DNA of 64,000 bases, from NCBI RefSeq assembly GCF_018350175.1, contig NC_058373.1, positions 113,152,001-113,216,000 on the forward strand, written 5' to 3'. This stretch comes from Felis catus. Lineage: Eukaryota. Shown here piece after piece: positions 10,916 through 24,320 of this stretch (position 1 is the stretch's first letter; every line of letters starts with the position of its first letter). Made by a program: the position numbers and the translations under genes. The notes beneath the pieces are model-generated. The model saw only the letters and a list, made by a program, of their open reading frames with translations. It was not told where the DNA came from and ran no database searches.

Positions 10916-13429
10916 TGGAGCCTCACAGGGTTGTTGAGAGGATTAAAGGTTAGCCCGTAAAGCACTTAGATATCACCTGTGCAGATCCTTGATCATGTCG
11001 GCGATCATTATCCCTCAGCCCCAGACAGCCTCTCCCTGAACACATGGACTGTCAGACCTTATGTAGTCCAACATTCCTTTTACGGGGGAGGAAATTGAGC
11101 TTCCTGGGAAGAGTTCAAAGAATAATTGATAGGTCAGAGGGACAACTTGTGAGGTCACACTCAGAACTCAGACCTCTATGCCAGGGCTTTTCCTCCTGGG
11201 CTGTATTCAGTATGTGTGTGGGAGGGTGGGGGTGGGGGACAGGCAGCAGGAAGGTAACCTAGCATCTCAGAAATGCTGAGGGGAGGTTGAGACTAGATGG
11301 GTGCCGGTTGTCCCTGCAGGAACACAGTCCAAATCATTGGATCACACACCTGTTGGACTTTTGGGATGTATGTCCTGAGCTCCTTGGTAAGAACCTAGAA
11401 TCCTGTGGGAATGGCACAGGTGCCCTCAACCACTGCCTCTTAAACACATCCAGTTGCTGTGCTTTGCGGTTCTTGGTCTGCCCTTCAAAGTTTCTTTGCC
11501 TCCTCCCTTATTGCCACCTACCGCTGTCAGGGTGCCCATCTCCAGCAGCTACTCTATAAATTGCTTACAATCGGATTAAATTTAGAAACATAACCCAAGG
11601 TATTAGAACTGTGCAGAAAATAAGGATAAATGGTGTCTGAGTGCTCTCATCACATGATATGTGCTTCTCCAAAGCTTCTCCAGGCTTTTGCTTTTTCACC
11701 TGATTTCTGATTCTGTGCTTTGTTTTGCATGAGTGAGGTTGCCAAATATTGAATTCTGGATGAATGAGTTATCACTGTAACAATAAGGAAATTGATAATA
11801 GAAAAATTGCAGGTTTTAAGAATTATTGCCATTATTACTATTTTAGTCGTCACTATTAGGACAGGAAAATTGACAGTGAATTTCTGAGGCCATTCTGAGA
11901 ACAAGACCAGCTCTTCACTTCCTATTATAAATCAGGGGAAGCCATTTCGTGGTAACAGTAGTGCCTTCTCTTTCTAGAGGCTGCTCTCAAGACAGCTTCT
12001 ATTGAAGACAGCGCTTTGCTCTTGACCCCTAATTGCACTTTCCAGACATGGGGATACACTGTAGCCAGCAATGTGAAGATGGGGTAGTGAGTTATCCAGC
12101 CCTCAGATTTGTGTTTACCCCAAACCAGGGCACAGACCATGGCTACCTCTTCCTTCCCCCTCTCCCTCTTACCCCTCCAGGTGTCTCATGATTGCTTAGG
12201 AAGGAAGAAGGTGAGCCTCAGGTGTCCGCCCAGTCAGGTAGACCTAAGGGCTGAGCAAGACAACTGTCCTCCAAGAATGGTCTTCCCCACTTCCCTCTCT
12301 AGCAGGATCCTGCTTCTCTCTCAGACCCATCTCTGTGGCCCCTCTTCTGAAGCTCTCTCCAGCTACCCCCCAGAGTTGGGGCTCAGCCTTGTATGTCACT
12401 GCATCTTGGTAGAACTAATAATAGTAATAGCTGCCATATTTGGGCCACTGTGCTAAGTCATCCATTAATGCCAACAGCCCAAAGAAGTAGATGCTGTTAT
12501 TTGCATTTGCAGATGATGAAATGGAAGTAACTTGCCAAGCTTGTACAGAGCTGACTCCAAATTTTGGGCTCTTAACTCAAAAGGTTTACTGAATATCATA
12601 TACTATGGAGACAATCTGTCAAGATGCAGACCAGAGGCCTGGGGCTCCAATGACTTCTGAGTGAAACTCATGAGTGAGTGCAGAGGAGGGAGGCGTTTGG
12701 GAGGGCAGGCATCCCTGCAGCACAATTCCAGGGAGCTGAGTCTACAGCACTGAAATGCTTTAGGGTTCCCTGGGCATTTCTCTTTGTGGCTGTGGCCCGC
12801 TCAGGACATTTGTGGCTCTTGGAAGTGGAGTCAGCTAGGAAGTCTGTCACCTATGATGCCAAGGTCTCTGGGAAGTAGGCCTGCTGGGAAAACAGTCCAC
12901 GTTGTGTCTCATGGCCAGGAACAGCTTGAGAGACTGCCATACTTGTGAGTAAGAAACCCACGGAGGCAGACCTACTGTAGGCTCTGGAATGATCCAGTCC
13001 CCTCCTTATGTATCTTTTGTAGAGCAGACTCCCTGGGGAGCCCATTTGTTTTATCTGCCAAGTCCTTGTCTTAGCCCTTGAATCAAGGTAGCAATCAGGG
13101 TTGCATGTCCCTCTGTCCTAAGGGTGGCACACTTGTATCTTGTAGCTCTGTGTCGTCTTCTCCTTCTGCCTTAGAAGCAACACCAGGAGATCCTTTCCTC
13201 CTGGGGTCCTGAGTCAGGACTAGATTCCAGGATTGTGGACCTCTTCCCTGTCCCCAGCCCTGGGTCTCACAGGTGGGGCAAGTTTGAGATCTCTGTGGTG
13301 GGTTTTCATTCTGTGACTTTACTCACCAGGTCGAGCCCTGCAAGTGGTGACTGTCAATGAGATCATCTGGAAGGCCTGAAGGCTGGACCCATGGCCTGTC
13401 TGCTACCCATACACTTATGCATGTGCAGG

Positions 13430-13466
<37 letters not shown>

Positions 13467-13594
13467 ACTCATGTGTGCCAAACTCCCATTGATTCTCTAA
13501 CTGCCAGTTTGTCCCAATCAGTGTCTTGGTCCAGGAGTGAGATGACAAGTAAAATAAACATACCTCCTCTTTACAAGTGGCTCCTTTCTCTAAG

Positions 13595-13790
13595 TTCCTG
13601 TTGTCCAATAGAACTTTCTTTGCTGATGGAAATGTTCTATATCTGCTCTGTCCGACACCACGAAAGGCTATTGAGCCACTTAAAATGAGACTAGTGTAAA
13701 GAACTGAAGTTTAAATTTTATTTCATTTTAATTAGAATTTATACAGCCACCTGTGACCAGTGGCTAGCAAATCAGACAATGCAGATCTAG
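13595..13790. mobile_element. MER3-like hAT-Charlie MITE
   Basis: 'tgtccaatagaactttctttgctgatggaaatgttctatatctgctctgtcc...tttaaattttatttcattttaatt...agccac...gtggcta'. Confidence 0.7.
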
Positions 13791-13964
13791 GGATCGTCGT
13801 GTTTTCCAATAAACACTCAGGACCCAGGGCCTGATAGGTGGGAGTAGATGTATAGGGCAATCTATTTGGAATTGGGACTGGACTGTTAATCTCTATGCTA
13901 CATCTGTGCTTGAGCTCAGATTTAAAACCTCATCTTTGTCCCCCTTTTATACATTTTTATTTCT

Positions 13965-14196
13965 TTTTTATTAAATTTTTTTTTAACGTTTATTTATTTT
14001 TGAGACAGAGAGAGAGAGAGACAGCATGAACGGGGGAGGGGCAGAGAGAGAGGGAGACACAGAATTGGAAGCAGGCTCCAGGCTCTGAGCCATTAGCCCA
14101 GAGCCCGACGCGGGGCTCGAACTCGAACTCGCGGACCGCGAGATCGTGACCCGAGCTAAGTCGGATGCTTAACCGACTGAGCCACCCAGACGCCCC
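13965..14196 (-). mobile_element. CanSINE (young SINEC_Fc-type), inserted into or beside a MIR
   Basis: CpG-rich SINE body; perfect 17-bp TSD TATACATTTTTATTTCT (13948-13964 / 14197-14213); MIR core follows at ~14215-14370. Confidence 0.95.
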
Positions 14197-14989
14197 TATA
14201 CATTTTTATTTCTAATCCTCCCAGCAACTCTGTAAAGAAGATCATCTTTATTTTTGCAGATGAGGCAACTGAGGCCCAGAGAGCTAAGTGACAGCCTGAT
14301 CTCATGCAGCACACTGGGGATCAGCCTCATCCCCAGAACTGTGTGGCTCCTGCTCTGGTTCCAAAGCGAGGCTCCTCCCACTGCCTCTCTTTAGGTGCTT
14401 TGAAGTCCATTCATCAGAGGGTGGCCCAGCCCTCCCACAAAGCCCTGGGTGCTGCTGCAGTAAAAAACTAGGGTAGGGAGACTTCTGAGTTCAGCCGCTG
14501 AGGGGAAGTTACTGGCGTATCCAGGAAAGGAGGGGAGTGGCCAGTGCACCCGCACAGACTGACCTGCACCCCAGCCCACAAGTGTCTTATGGAGGAGGCC
14601 AGGAGACCGCTGAGCGGGACATATGATGTCCAAGGCCTTCCTCCTGCCTGAAATTCTTTGCTTGCTATCTGAATTCCACCAATGGTTCTTTCTCTCTCTC
14701 AACAAAGTGTAGAAGAGATTCTTTAATAGCTTGATTTATGGAGAGGAAAAGGAGATTTTGATAGAGGGGAGAGTCATTTGCAAGGTAGAGTAGAGGGAAG
14801 GGCAGAACTGGGTGGAACCCCAGCATGGCACTTTAGTCAAAGAGCCTTGAAGACACAGGGTTCCCGGGGGGGGGGGGGTGCAGTGTGGGATGAGTGAAGA
14901 AGCAGGGGACATGGCAAGGAGTATTAGTAAGCCAGATTTTGGGGAGGCACTGAAGGCAAACTTTCAACCCACCTAAACTCAGTCTGTTC

Positions 14990-15400
14990 CTCTCGGGGCT
15001 CTCATGCCAGCCTGGTTCTCTCATGCCCCATGGCCTTTGCATGCACAGCTCCCTGTACTCCAAGCCTCACTAGCCTCTGCTTGGCATACCCCTCCTCTTC
15101 CTCTTTCAGGTCCCAGTTTAAAGATTACTTTCTCAAGGATATTTTTCTGGCTCCCAGGCTTTATTTAATATGTATCGTGTTGCATGTTCTTACGGCATCT
15201 TCTTTCCTCCATGTGCTTAGCTCATCTTTTAATTGTTTACTTGTTATTATTTGATTAATGTCTTATTCCCTCATTGGATTCTAAGCTTCATGAAAACTAG
15301 GACTATGTGTGGTTTTACTCTTGATTTTAGCCACAGCAACTCCTCATGATGCCTGGCACATAGGCACCGTTCCACAAATAAGGGCTGAATAAGTTCAGTG
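14990..15400 (+). mobile_element. L2 3'-end remnant
   Basis: 'ggcctttgcatgcacagctccc...aagcttcatgaaaactagggactatgtgtggtttt...tgcctggcacatagg...aaata...tgaat' is typical of the L2 3' end. Confidence 0.55.
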
Positions 15401-17949
15401 AATGCAGGTTAAGTGGGTCCATCCACCATGGGGCTTTCTGTCCCTTTCCACAAAGAAGTTGACTCTGCCCAGACTGATCACCAGAACTGTGATGAGTCTG
15501 TCCCTAAGTCACTCTTAACTCCTTCATTCATACCTAGAAGAAAATCAGTTACAATGCTTTGGGTTCCAAGTAACCAAAAGTCCACCAACAATGGCTTAAA
15601 CCCTAGGGAGATGTGTTTATCTACTTAACAAGGAGCCTGGAGGTAGGTGACATCAGAGTTGACCCAATGGCTCAATGCTGCCATCACAAATCGGGCTTTT
15701 CCCAACTTCCTGCCCTGTCCTCATTCAGGCATTTGTTGCCACAGCAACAAACATCATTCTCTCAAAACACTGTCTCAAGCAGGAAGGAAAGGGACAAGAA
15801 AGGATTGGGAGGGTGTTTGTTTGCAAGATCAATTTAAAGAATAAAATGACCATCTGTACCAGCCTCTAGGACAGTACTTAACAACATGGTTTTGCAGTTA
15901 ATTCTTTATCTATGAGCACCCCTCCCCAGTAACCTCCCCAACCAGCTTTTTCCTAACAGAGGCTATTTTGGAAATGCCCTTCATCAGCCTCTAGCACGGT
16001 CCCCAGGCAGCCATGGTGCTTGCAGAAGGGGGAAACCAAGAGTGAGAGAGGCCGGGAAGGTCTGAAGTGGGGATATGGGCTGTGTCCATTGCCAGAACTG
16101 GGGAACTCGGAGGGAAAGTGGGCATCAGGGTGCTCATAGCACAGGAAACAGGAAGTAGTGAGTCTGAGAGGAGAAGGGGGAGAGCTGTGGTGATTACTGG
16201 CACAGTTGGTAAGGAGCTGTAAAAAAAAAAAAAAAAGGGAAGGGTGTAGACCCAGGGGTTTGTGCCAATCCAGCTTCCTATATGTCCTGAGGTTTTCTTC
16301 CATCTCAGTAGGTGTTGTTTCCTTCCAGAGAGGGCAAGTATATGGCTGTCCCTCTCCTCAGAAGCATCCAAGTGCAAATGAGTCCTTGGTGAGTATTTCT
16401 ACGGCTCCTGGCTCCTGCAGTATTTGGAGCGATGAAAGGAATTGAAATCCTCTTCTCCATTCTCACCTATTATGGTCCTGTGGAATTGAATACCAATAGC
16501 AGGCAGGGGAGAGAAGCTAAAATATTGAGGGTTGTTAAGAGAGAAGGAAGTAAAACCACTGATCCCACCCCCCACCCCCATTTTCCCCCTTGTTTCCATG
16601 CTCAACATCTGGCATTCTCTCTTGGGTCGTGACCTGCCTGAACAGGGTCCCTACTGAGGCTTCCATGGAGGGGTGAATCTGACAGGGTTGGGTTGGCTCT
16701 TGGGGTGCCATTGGACCAGAAAGGACCCTCTGCTGTGACCCTACTTTGTGCCTAGAAGTTGGTTCCACATGGTCCTAGCTCAGCTCTTGTCCATCAGAGA
16801 AGTCCGAGGCCCCCTCCACTGCATCCTCGCCTTTCTCTGCCTTAATTCTTCTCAAGTCCTACTTGGAAAGGAGGGACATCATCCCAACAGGCTCAACTGC
16901 TGTATTGTGCCTGGAGAAACAAAGTTTAATACTGCAAATGAAACCATTTTAATGGCTGCTTTGTGCTGCCCCAAATAAAACATCTCTAAGTGGTTTCTCA
17001 AGATAACACATCAGAAACCAAAACACACTCAACATCCAACATTTAAAATATTCAGTATGACTCTCAGATTACCTTTTCCTGTGGAAAGACAATCAGAACA
17101 ATGGTTACTAGGATACTCTGCACACAAGGGAGCGTATTGTTGGGTCTGATAGCATCTCGGCTGAGCTACCCAGGGAGGAGGATGTCAGCCTCACCCTTGG
17201 GGTTTTCAGTGATCTCAGCAAAGTTAGGAACCAAAAACTGGGGACCATGACTGAGTCCTTTGAAAGTGTGGGACCCTATGTATCTTGCTGTGATGGATGT
17301 TTCATTGCCTGCTGCCACCTTCACTATAGGGACAATTGGTAAGCCTCTCAAATGGCCAAGTGTGAGTACCTTCCATAGCATCAGAGAAAGGGCAGACTTT
17401 GTGCTGATTTGGGGAAGGGAGTGGTGGTGGATAGTCTGGTTTTAAGAGGAACTTAAAGTCTAAGGACTCCTGGGGTTTGTGGCTTGGAAGCGAAGGCAGC
17501 TCAGGGCAGTTCTAGTCCTGAGGCGTGTCCAGGGAACCAGGACCACCGTGTGAAGAGGGGAGAGTGTGCACAAGCTGAGTGAAGGGGACTGTCATTTTCC
17601 AGCCACACTCTCTAACCTCTGGCTAGAGCAAGGACCCAAGGCCCTGGAGGAGTCAGCTCACCAGTCTTCCCTTGCTTCTCCAAGCTCCAGGACCCTCTCC
17701 ACCTATTAGGAGAAATTAGATGAGTCAAGGGAAACTGAAAGGTGGAGTGTTGGAGGTGGCTGGGGAAGGGTTGGCGTAGATAACATGGTTGAGGTGGCTG
17801 AAGACTATGGGAAGACAGGGGGCATATTCAAGCAGAAAAGCTACACTGTCATTTTTGTGACAGTGCCTTATAACTGTGAAGCACTATCCAAATGGCTTTT
17901 GTAAAATCTTCCTGTTGTCTCTGCCCATTTTAAGAGAACGTCTGCCCAG

Positions 17950-17967
17950 TGGCCACTAGGAGGCAGC
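17950..17967 (+). promoter_or_regulatory. Candidate CTCF site
   Basis: TGGCCACTAGGAGGCAGC closely matches the CTCF core CCASYAGRKGGCRS (one deviation). Confidence 0.5.
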
Positions 17968-18345
17968 CAAGTCCCATGCAGTTGAGCTATCCCTGGCAAG
18001 TAAGGTCCACCAGGGGAGGAGGGCCAGAGGAACAGCCCTCATGGGCTGTGGCCATGGCAATTCAGCCAGCCCAAGGCCCAGGGGCTCCAAGGCCAAACTT
18101 AAGCAGGCCACCTTTGTCAATGCCCCTCTCCTTACTCTCTAGCATCCTCGTATCTCACCCAAAGCACACTTAGAACTTCTTGTCTGCCACCCAGGACCCC
18201 ACCCACCTTCTGTCTCACACAGAGCTCATGGCAGGACTGACCTGCCCCAACCAGTTCCAGTTCCTATTCCCTCAGGTTCTACTAAAATATTGGCCCATCT
18301 GAGAAACTCATTTGCACTGCGTGGCTGAAGACAATTTACTATTTA

Positions 18346-18550
18346 CTTTTTTCTTTCTTTAAATGTTTATTTTTAAGAGAGGGAGAGAGCACGTGAGGGG
18401 CAGAGAGAAGGGGAGAGAGAGAATCCCAAGCAGGTTCTGTGCTGTCAGTGCAGAGCCCAATGTGGGGCTTGAACCCACAAACCATAAGATCACGAACTGG
18501 GCCAAAAATCAAGAGTTGGACACTTAACCCACTGAGTCACCCAGGTGCCC
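18346..18550 (-). mobile_element. CanSINE (older subfamily)
   Basis: SINE body on reverse strand; degenerate TSD AGACAATTTACTATTTA / AGATAATTTGCTATTTA. Confidence 0.9.
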
Positions 18551-18934
18551 AGATAATTTGCTATTTAGCACTTCCAAAAATACTCTTACTTGAGGGGATT
18601 TGAACCTTAACAGTGATGGTATAAACTTAGTTTCCTCAAGCGCCTGTATGGAGGGACTATAGTAATTATAAGGAATATATTTTTCTGGCATGTTCTGCTA
18701 CTGTTACGGGACCATTCACAAAGTCTCTTGCACATTTCTGGGAGTCTCCAGAAGGTATCTTATAGGAGCTCCACTCGTGCCCCAGGCCTCCAGGCAGCAT
18801 GGGGGGATGCTTCCGACTGTTTCTAATGAAACAACAGAGGGACGACCCCCCCACCACCTACCTACACATGTATTCTCAAGTGTTCCAAGGCCAAAATGAT
18901 ATCTTGCTCCCCAATATCATAAAAATATTCACAG

Positions 18935-19180
18935 CCGGCACTTGTGTAGCACTTATCATATGCCTGGCACTTTGCTAAGTTCTTATATACACTATTCTCC
19001 ACAACAACCCAGTAGGGGGAACTATCATCCTTACTCCTGTTTCCAAATGGAGGATTTGAGGCCCAGAGATGTTAAGTACTTTGACCATGATCACACAGCT
19101 GATAAATGGAAGAGGCAAGATTCAAACCCAGGCAATCTGGCTCCGCAGCTAGGTTTTTAACCAGTGCACACAATGCCTCT
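18935..19180 (-). mobile_element. MIR
   Basis: 'tttccaaatggaggatttgaggcccagagatgttaagtactttgaccatgatcacacagct...gattcaaacccaggcaatctggctcc'. Confidence 0.75.
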
Positions 19181-19332
19181 TCAGACAGCTCCAGAAACTG
19201 CAATTTCAGCCTCCTCACAGCCTCCTTTCTCACTGGCACTCAGTCTGGGGCAGACTCTTGCCCTGCCCAGTACTTCCCCTTCCTGCAGACCTCTGAATCT
19301 GTTTTTCAGGTAGGCCTAAAGGCCTGGCTTGC

Positions 19333-19463
19333 TTCCTTCCTTCCTTCCTTCCTTCCTTCCTTCCTTCCTTCCTCCCTCCCTCCCTCCCTCCCTCCCTCCC
19401 TCCCTCCCTCCCTCCCTTCCTTCCTTCCTTCCTTCCTTCCTTCCTTCCTTCCTTCCTTCCTTC
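19333..19463. repeat. Compound (TTCC)n-(TCCC)n-(TTCC)n tetranucleotide microsatellite
   Basis: Directly visible. Confidence 0.95.
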
Positions 19464-20054
19464 CGTTTTTACCAGGATGCTCCACAGACCAGCTCCCCAC
19501 AGCACCTCCCTACTGCTGCCTGGGATCTAGGATAGGAGACAAAGATGGGCTTTGGTCTGCAGAAGCCAGGTGAACTTTGGCAACCTCTCTTATCTTGCCC
19601 TTTAGGCAGCTACCTCATGTGATTATCCTAATGTTGGTTCTCATGGCAAGTGGAATTATCCCATTAGGACTAAAGGGATCATAGAATCCTAGAGTCAGAG
19701 GAATATTAAGTTTCAAGACCTATCCTCTCTTTTTATATGAAATAAGTGCCTGCAGGGGTGAAATACTTCATTCAAGTTCACAAAACTCAAGTGGGCTAAA
19801 GCCATGACTAGAAACCAACCAACCAGATTATTCTGCTAACAACAACATCTAACATTTATTCAACACTTACTACACGCTGGGTGCCAACACTAAACCCCAT
19901 AAGTGCATTATCTTGTTTAACTCAATGTTCCTGTGGCCTAGCTCTGTTCTGTATTTTTCAAATGAGAAACCAATTCCAAGAGACTAAATAACTTGCTCAA
20001 GATCACATGGTCTTTAAGCTATAGGGCTGGGATTGAACCCAGGTCTGTCTGTTT

Positions 20055-21405
20055 TTAATTATTATTTATTTTATCTCATTTTATTTTTTAAATTTACATT
20101 CAAGTTAGTTATCATACAGTGCAACAATGATTTCAGGGGTAGATTCCTTAATGACCCTTACCCATTTAAACATCCCCTCTCCCACAACCCCTCCAGCATC
20201 CCTCTGTTTGTTCTCCATATTTAAGAGTGTTTTATGTTTTGTCCCCCTCCCTGTTTTTATATTATTTTTGCTTCCCTTCCCTTAAGTTCATCTGTTTTGT
20301 ATCTTAAAGCCTTCATATGAGTGAAGTCATATGATATTTGTCTTTCTCTGACTAATTTCCCTTAGAATAATACCCTCTAGTTCCATCCACATAGTTGCAA
20401 ATGGCAAGATTTCATTCTTTTTGATTGCCGAGTAATACTCCATTGTATATATATACCACATCTTCTTTATCCATTCATCCATCGATGGACATTTGGGCTC
20501 CTTCCATACTTTGGCTGTTGTTGATAGTGCTGCTATAAACATTGGGGTGCATGTGTCCCTTTGAAACATTGCATACCTGTATCCCTTGGATAAATACCTA
20601 GTAGTGCAATTGCTGGGTTGTAGGGTAGTTCTATTTTTAATTTTTTGAGGAACCTCCACACTCTTTTCTATAGTGGCTGCACCAGCTTGCATTCCCAGCA
20701 GCAATGCAAAAGAGATCTTTCTCTGCATCCTCCCCAACATCTGTTGTTGCCTGAGTTGTCAATGTTAGTCATTCTGACAGGTGTGAGGTGGCATCTCATT
20801 GTGGTTTTGATTTTTATTTCCCTGATGATGAGTGATGTTGAGCATTTTTTCATATGTTGGTTGACCATCTGGATGTCTTCTTTGGAGAAGTGTGTATTCA
20901 TGTCTTTTGCCCATTTCTTCACTGGGTTATTTGTTTTGGGGGTGTTGAGTTTGATAAGTTCTTTATAGATTTTGGATACTAACCCTTTATCTGATATGTC
21001 GTTTGCAAATATCTTCTCCCATTCTGTCAGTTGCCTTTTAGTTTTGCTGATTGTTTTCCTTCGCTGTGCAGAAGCTTTTTATTTTGATGAGGTCCCAATA
21101 GTTCATTTTTGCTTTTGTTTCCCTTGCTTCCAGAGATGTGTTGAGTAAGCAGTTGCTGTGGCCAAGGTCAAAGAGGTTTTTGCCTGCTTTCTCCTCAGGG
21201 ATTTTGATGGCTTCCTGTCTTACAGTTAGGTCTTTCATCCATTTTGAGTTTATTTTTGTGTGTGGTGTAAGAAAGTGGTCCAGGTTCTTTCTTCTGTATG
21301 TCGCTGTCCAGTTTTCCCAGCACTACTTGCTGAAGATACTGTCTTTATTCCATTGGATAGTCTTTCCTGCTTTGTCAAAGATTAGTTGGCCGTATGTTTG
21401 TGGGT
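20055..21405 (-). mobile_element. LINE-1 (carnivore L1), 5'-truncated ~1.35 kb: ORF2 C-terminus plus 3'UTR, frameshifted
   Basis: Reverse ORF pieces [30 protein letters not shown]...[10 protein letters not shown]...HLTPVRM...CWGGC...[22 protein letters not shown]...WIKKMWYIYTMEYYSAIKKNEI are L1 ORF2 C-terminal (cysteine-rich) motifs; T-rich tail at left. Confidence 0.95.
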
Positions 21406-22027
21406 GCACATTAAATATTCTTTAACATATTATTTCCATTACTACATGGAACAAAAGAGGATACAGTGAGAAGTAAGTTTCCCTCACACCCTTTTACCCT
21501 GTTCCTCCAACCTCACAGGCAACCACTATTGATTGGTAACATCCGCCCGACACTTTACAGTTTTAAACAATAATTTCCCAGAAATTATCTCATCAGATTC
21601 CAGCAACAGCTTCCTAAAATATGTTAGGCATAAGTTTTTATTGTCTCCTTTTACAAATTGGGAGCCTAGCTCAAAGAGATTATAACTTGCTCACTTAGGC
21701 TTCTAGTAAATGGCAGAGCCAAGATTAAGACCCTGGTCATCTGAGACCACCTTCTGAACCTTTTGAAATACACCACACTACCTCCCTTAGTGAAAGAGTC
21801 TTGGGTTTTTAGAACTTGGAATATGCCATAAATAGTTTGCCTTCTACAGAGAGAGACTTTTAGTTGGTCAGGAAACAGGAAAAACCTCATCATTTCTTAA
21901 GTATTTACATTCCAGAGTGAACTGTTCATTCTCTGCTTTGGGGCAGATTTACAAAGACACTTCCCTGTGTTTTAGAGAATTCTACAATTAAAATCATTGG
22001 GGTGCTTTCAGGCGAGACCAAGGATCC

Positions 22028-22276
22028 TGTGTGGACTGGTTTTCTAGGGCCACCATAACAAAGTACCACAGACTGGGTGGCTTAAATCAACAGAAACTTC
22101 TTCTCTCTGCTCTGGAGGCTAGAAGTCTAGAAGGTATTGGTAGTGTTGGTTCTTTCTGGAGGCTCAGAGGGAGAATCTGTTTCAGGTCTCCAGGCCTCTC
22201 CTGGCTTCTGGTGCTTGTCAGGTATCCTTGGGATTCCTTGGTCCAATCTTTGCCTCTGTTGTCTCATAGTCTTTGC

Positions 22277-22309
<33 letters not shown>

Positions 22310-22520
22310 TGCCTGTTTGTCTGTCTATCCGCCTGTTTTTGCCTGTGTCTCTGTTATCCCTTTTATCAAGACATCAGTCATTGGATTTAGGGCCCATTCT
22401 AATCCAGGCATGACCTCATCTTAACTAACTATATCCACAAAGCCATATTTCCAAGTAAGTTCACATTCTGAGGTCCTTCGTGGACATCAGTTTTGAGAGG
22501 ATGCTTATTCAACCTAGTAT
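22028..22520 (-). mobile_element. MLT1 (MaLR) solo LTR with internal (GT)n
   Basis: 'gccaccataacaaagtaccacagactgggtggcttaaatcaacagaaa...tctggaggctagaagtc...ggatttagggccca...tcacattctgagg'. Confidence 0.8.
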
Positions 22521-22939
22521 ACTGTGTCTTCCTGTTTTATTTAATAAATGGAATATGCTGAGTCCTGGAGGCAGGACAGTTCTGCCCATCTTAAGGGAGG
22601 GAAAGGAAAGGAGAGAAAGATAAATGGAGGACTCCTCAGAGGAGCGTACAGATTACTGCTGGCTGAAACCAAGAAATAGCATGAGCTGGGTTGGGCTGGG
22701 CTTGGGGGGACAGTGTATCATTTTATTGCAAGGCTTTTGGGTCAAAATGCTTGTGTTTTAGTGAACATGAGAATGAGAATAGGAGTGAGGTGGAGAGAAG
22801 AAAGGAGAGAGCTGGCTTAGTCACAAGAATAATCTCCTCCTGCCCCCCGCAACAGTAAATAGCTGGGGCCAAGTCCTAGGCAGATGAAGAGGAGATAACA
22901 GCTAATCAAACCTTAACACACACTGTAGGTTCCTTTTCT

Positions 22940-23110
22940 GCATTGAAAAAAAGAACAACAAAAAGCAAACCAACAAAAAGTAAATAGCTGGGAATTAATT
23001 TAACTTGGAATAAATGATTTTTTTCAAAGAAAATGTTAAGGTGTAAAGGAAAACATGAGTGAATGAAGAGCTATACTTTTTTTTTTAGTTTGTTTGTTTA
23101 TTGGGTGGGT

Positions 23111-23175
<65 letters not shown>

Positions 23176-24320
23176 TCCCAAGCGGGCTCCATGCTGTCAG
23201 TGCAGAGCCTGATGTGGGGCTCCAGCTCACAAACCATGAAATCATGACCTGAGCCAAAGTCAGACGCTTAACTGACTGAGCCACTGAGGTGCCCCTGAAG
23301 AGCTGCACCTTGATCTTGATTGTGAAATCTAAATAAAGTTAAGATTACAATAGAATATAAAGACACAATGAGCTGCATTGCAGGGCTTAACAAATAAATA
23401 GTAAAACTCATCTGGAGTATGAATGGGCAAAATATTTAGAAAAAAAAATGTTTTAGGGAACTTAAAATAACCAGATAGCTATCACTACAATCTATGAGGG
23501 TAAAGACAAGAAAAATTGACGAGGGAAATATACTGAAAAAATAGATTGAAGGTATTTAAGAACTTTATGTAAGATGAATAAGCATCAACACAATGCTATA
23601 AGAATCATTATTGAATAAATATCATCTAAATAGTGAGACATCCGCATGAATCAGAATGAGCTTATATTCATATTTTTCACCTCGTGCACTACAATACATT
23701 TCAAATGGGTCATAAAAAGCCAGAGAAGACAATGGAAAAGCAAATGTGTTTCAACCATGAAGAGGAGAAACCATTTTGACTATTGATGAAAGAGATATCA
23801 CAGACAGGGTAGATGGATCCAAATGTGTTTTTAAGAGCCTTTTGTGCCACTGAATGTAATAAAGCAAACATAAAAATGAAAGCCACAGAAGGAGGAGAAT
23901 TCTATGTGGCAAATAAAGCTTTTTATCCAAAAAAAGCTAAGGAATTGATATAACTATAAAAGGAACAGTATCCTGTTCCTTTTTTGATAAGTAGTCAAAG
24001 GAAGTGAGCACATCATTTACACACCAACCTCTACATAGAAAAATGTGCAGCCCCACTATAAATCTTGAACTTGCAGTTTTAGCAACTTGTATACTGTTAT
24101 AAAAATCAATTTAAATGCTAAAACTTAATGTTCAATTATTCAAATTCCCTGGAGACTAATTTGGCAAAAACTACAAAGTAATTCCTATCCTTTGATTCCA
24201 TAATACTTCTTATAAGGAAATGTCTAAAGAAAATAATGTAAAAGAAAAAAATCATTTCTACAAAGTTTTCATTGCAGTATTATTTAAATAGGAAAACATT
24301 AGAAACCAACCATTTGCACA
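22940..24320 (+). mobile_element. Ancient L1M-type remnant, interrupted by a SINE
   Basis: A-rich degenerate sequence with L1 ORF2-like phrases ('aaatagctgggaattaatttaac', 'ttcattgcagtattattt...aaacattagaaaccaacc'). Confidence 0.4.
23077..23295 (-). mobile_element. CanSINE with long (GA)n
   Basis: SINE body; TSD TGAAGAGCTATAC / TGAAGAGCTGCAC. Confidence 0.9.

Noticed and set aside
19106..19573. ORFs with PSFL/EGRK repeats
   Set aside because: Translation of the tetranucleotide microsatellite.
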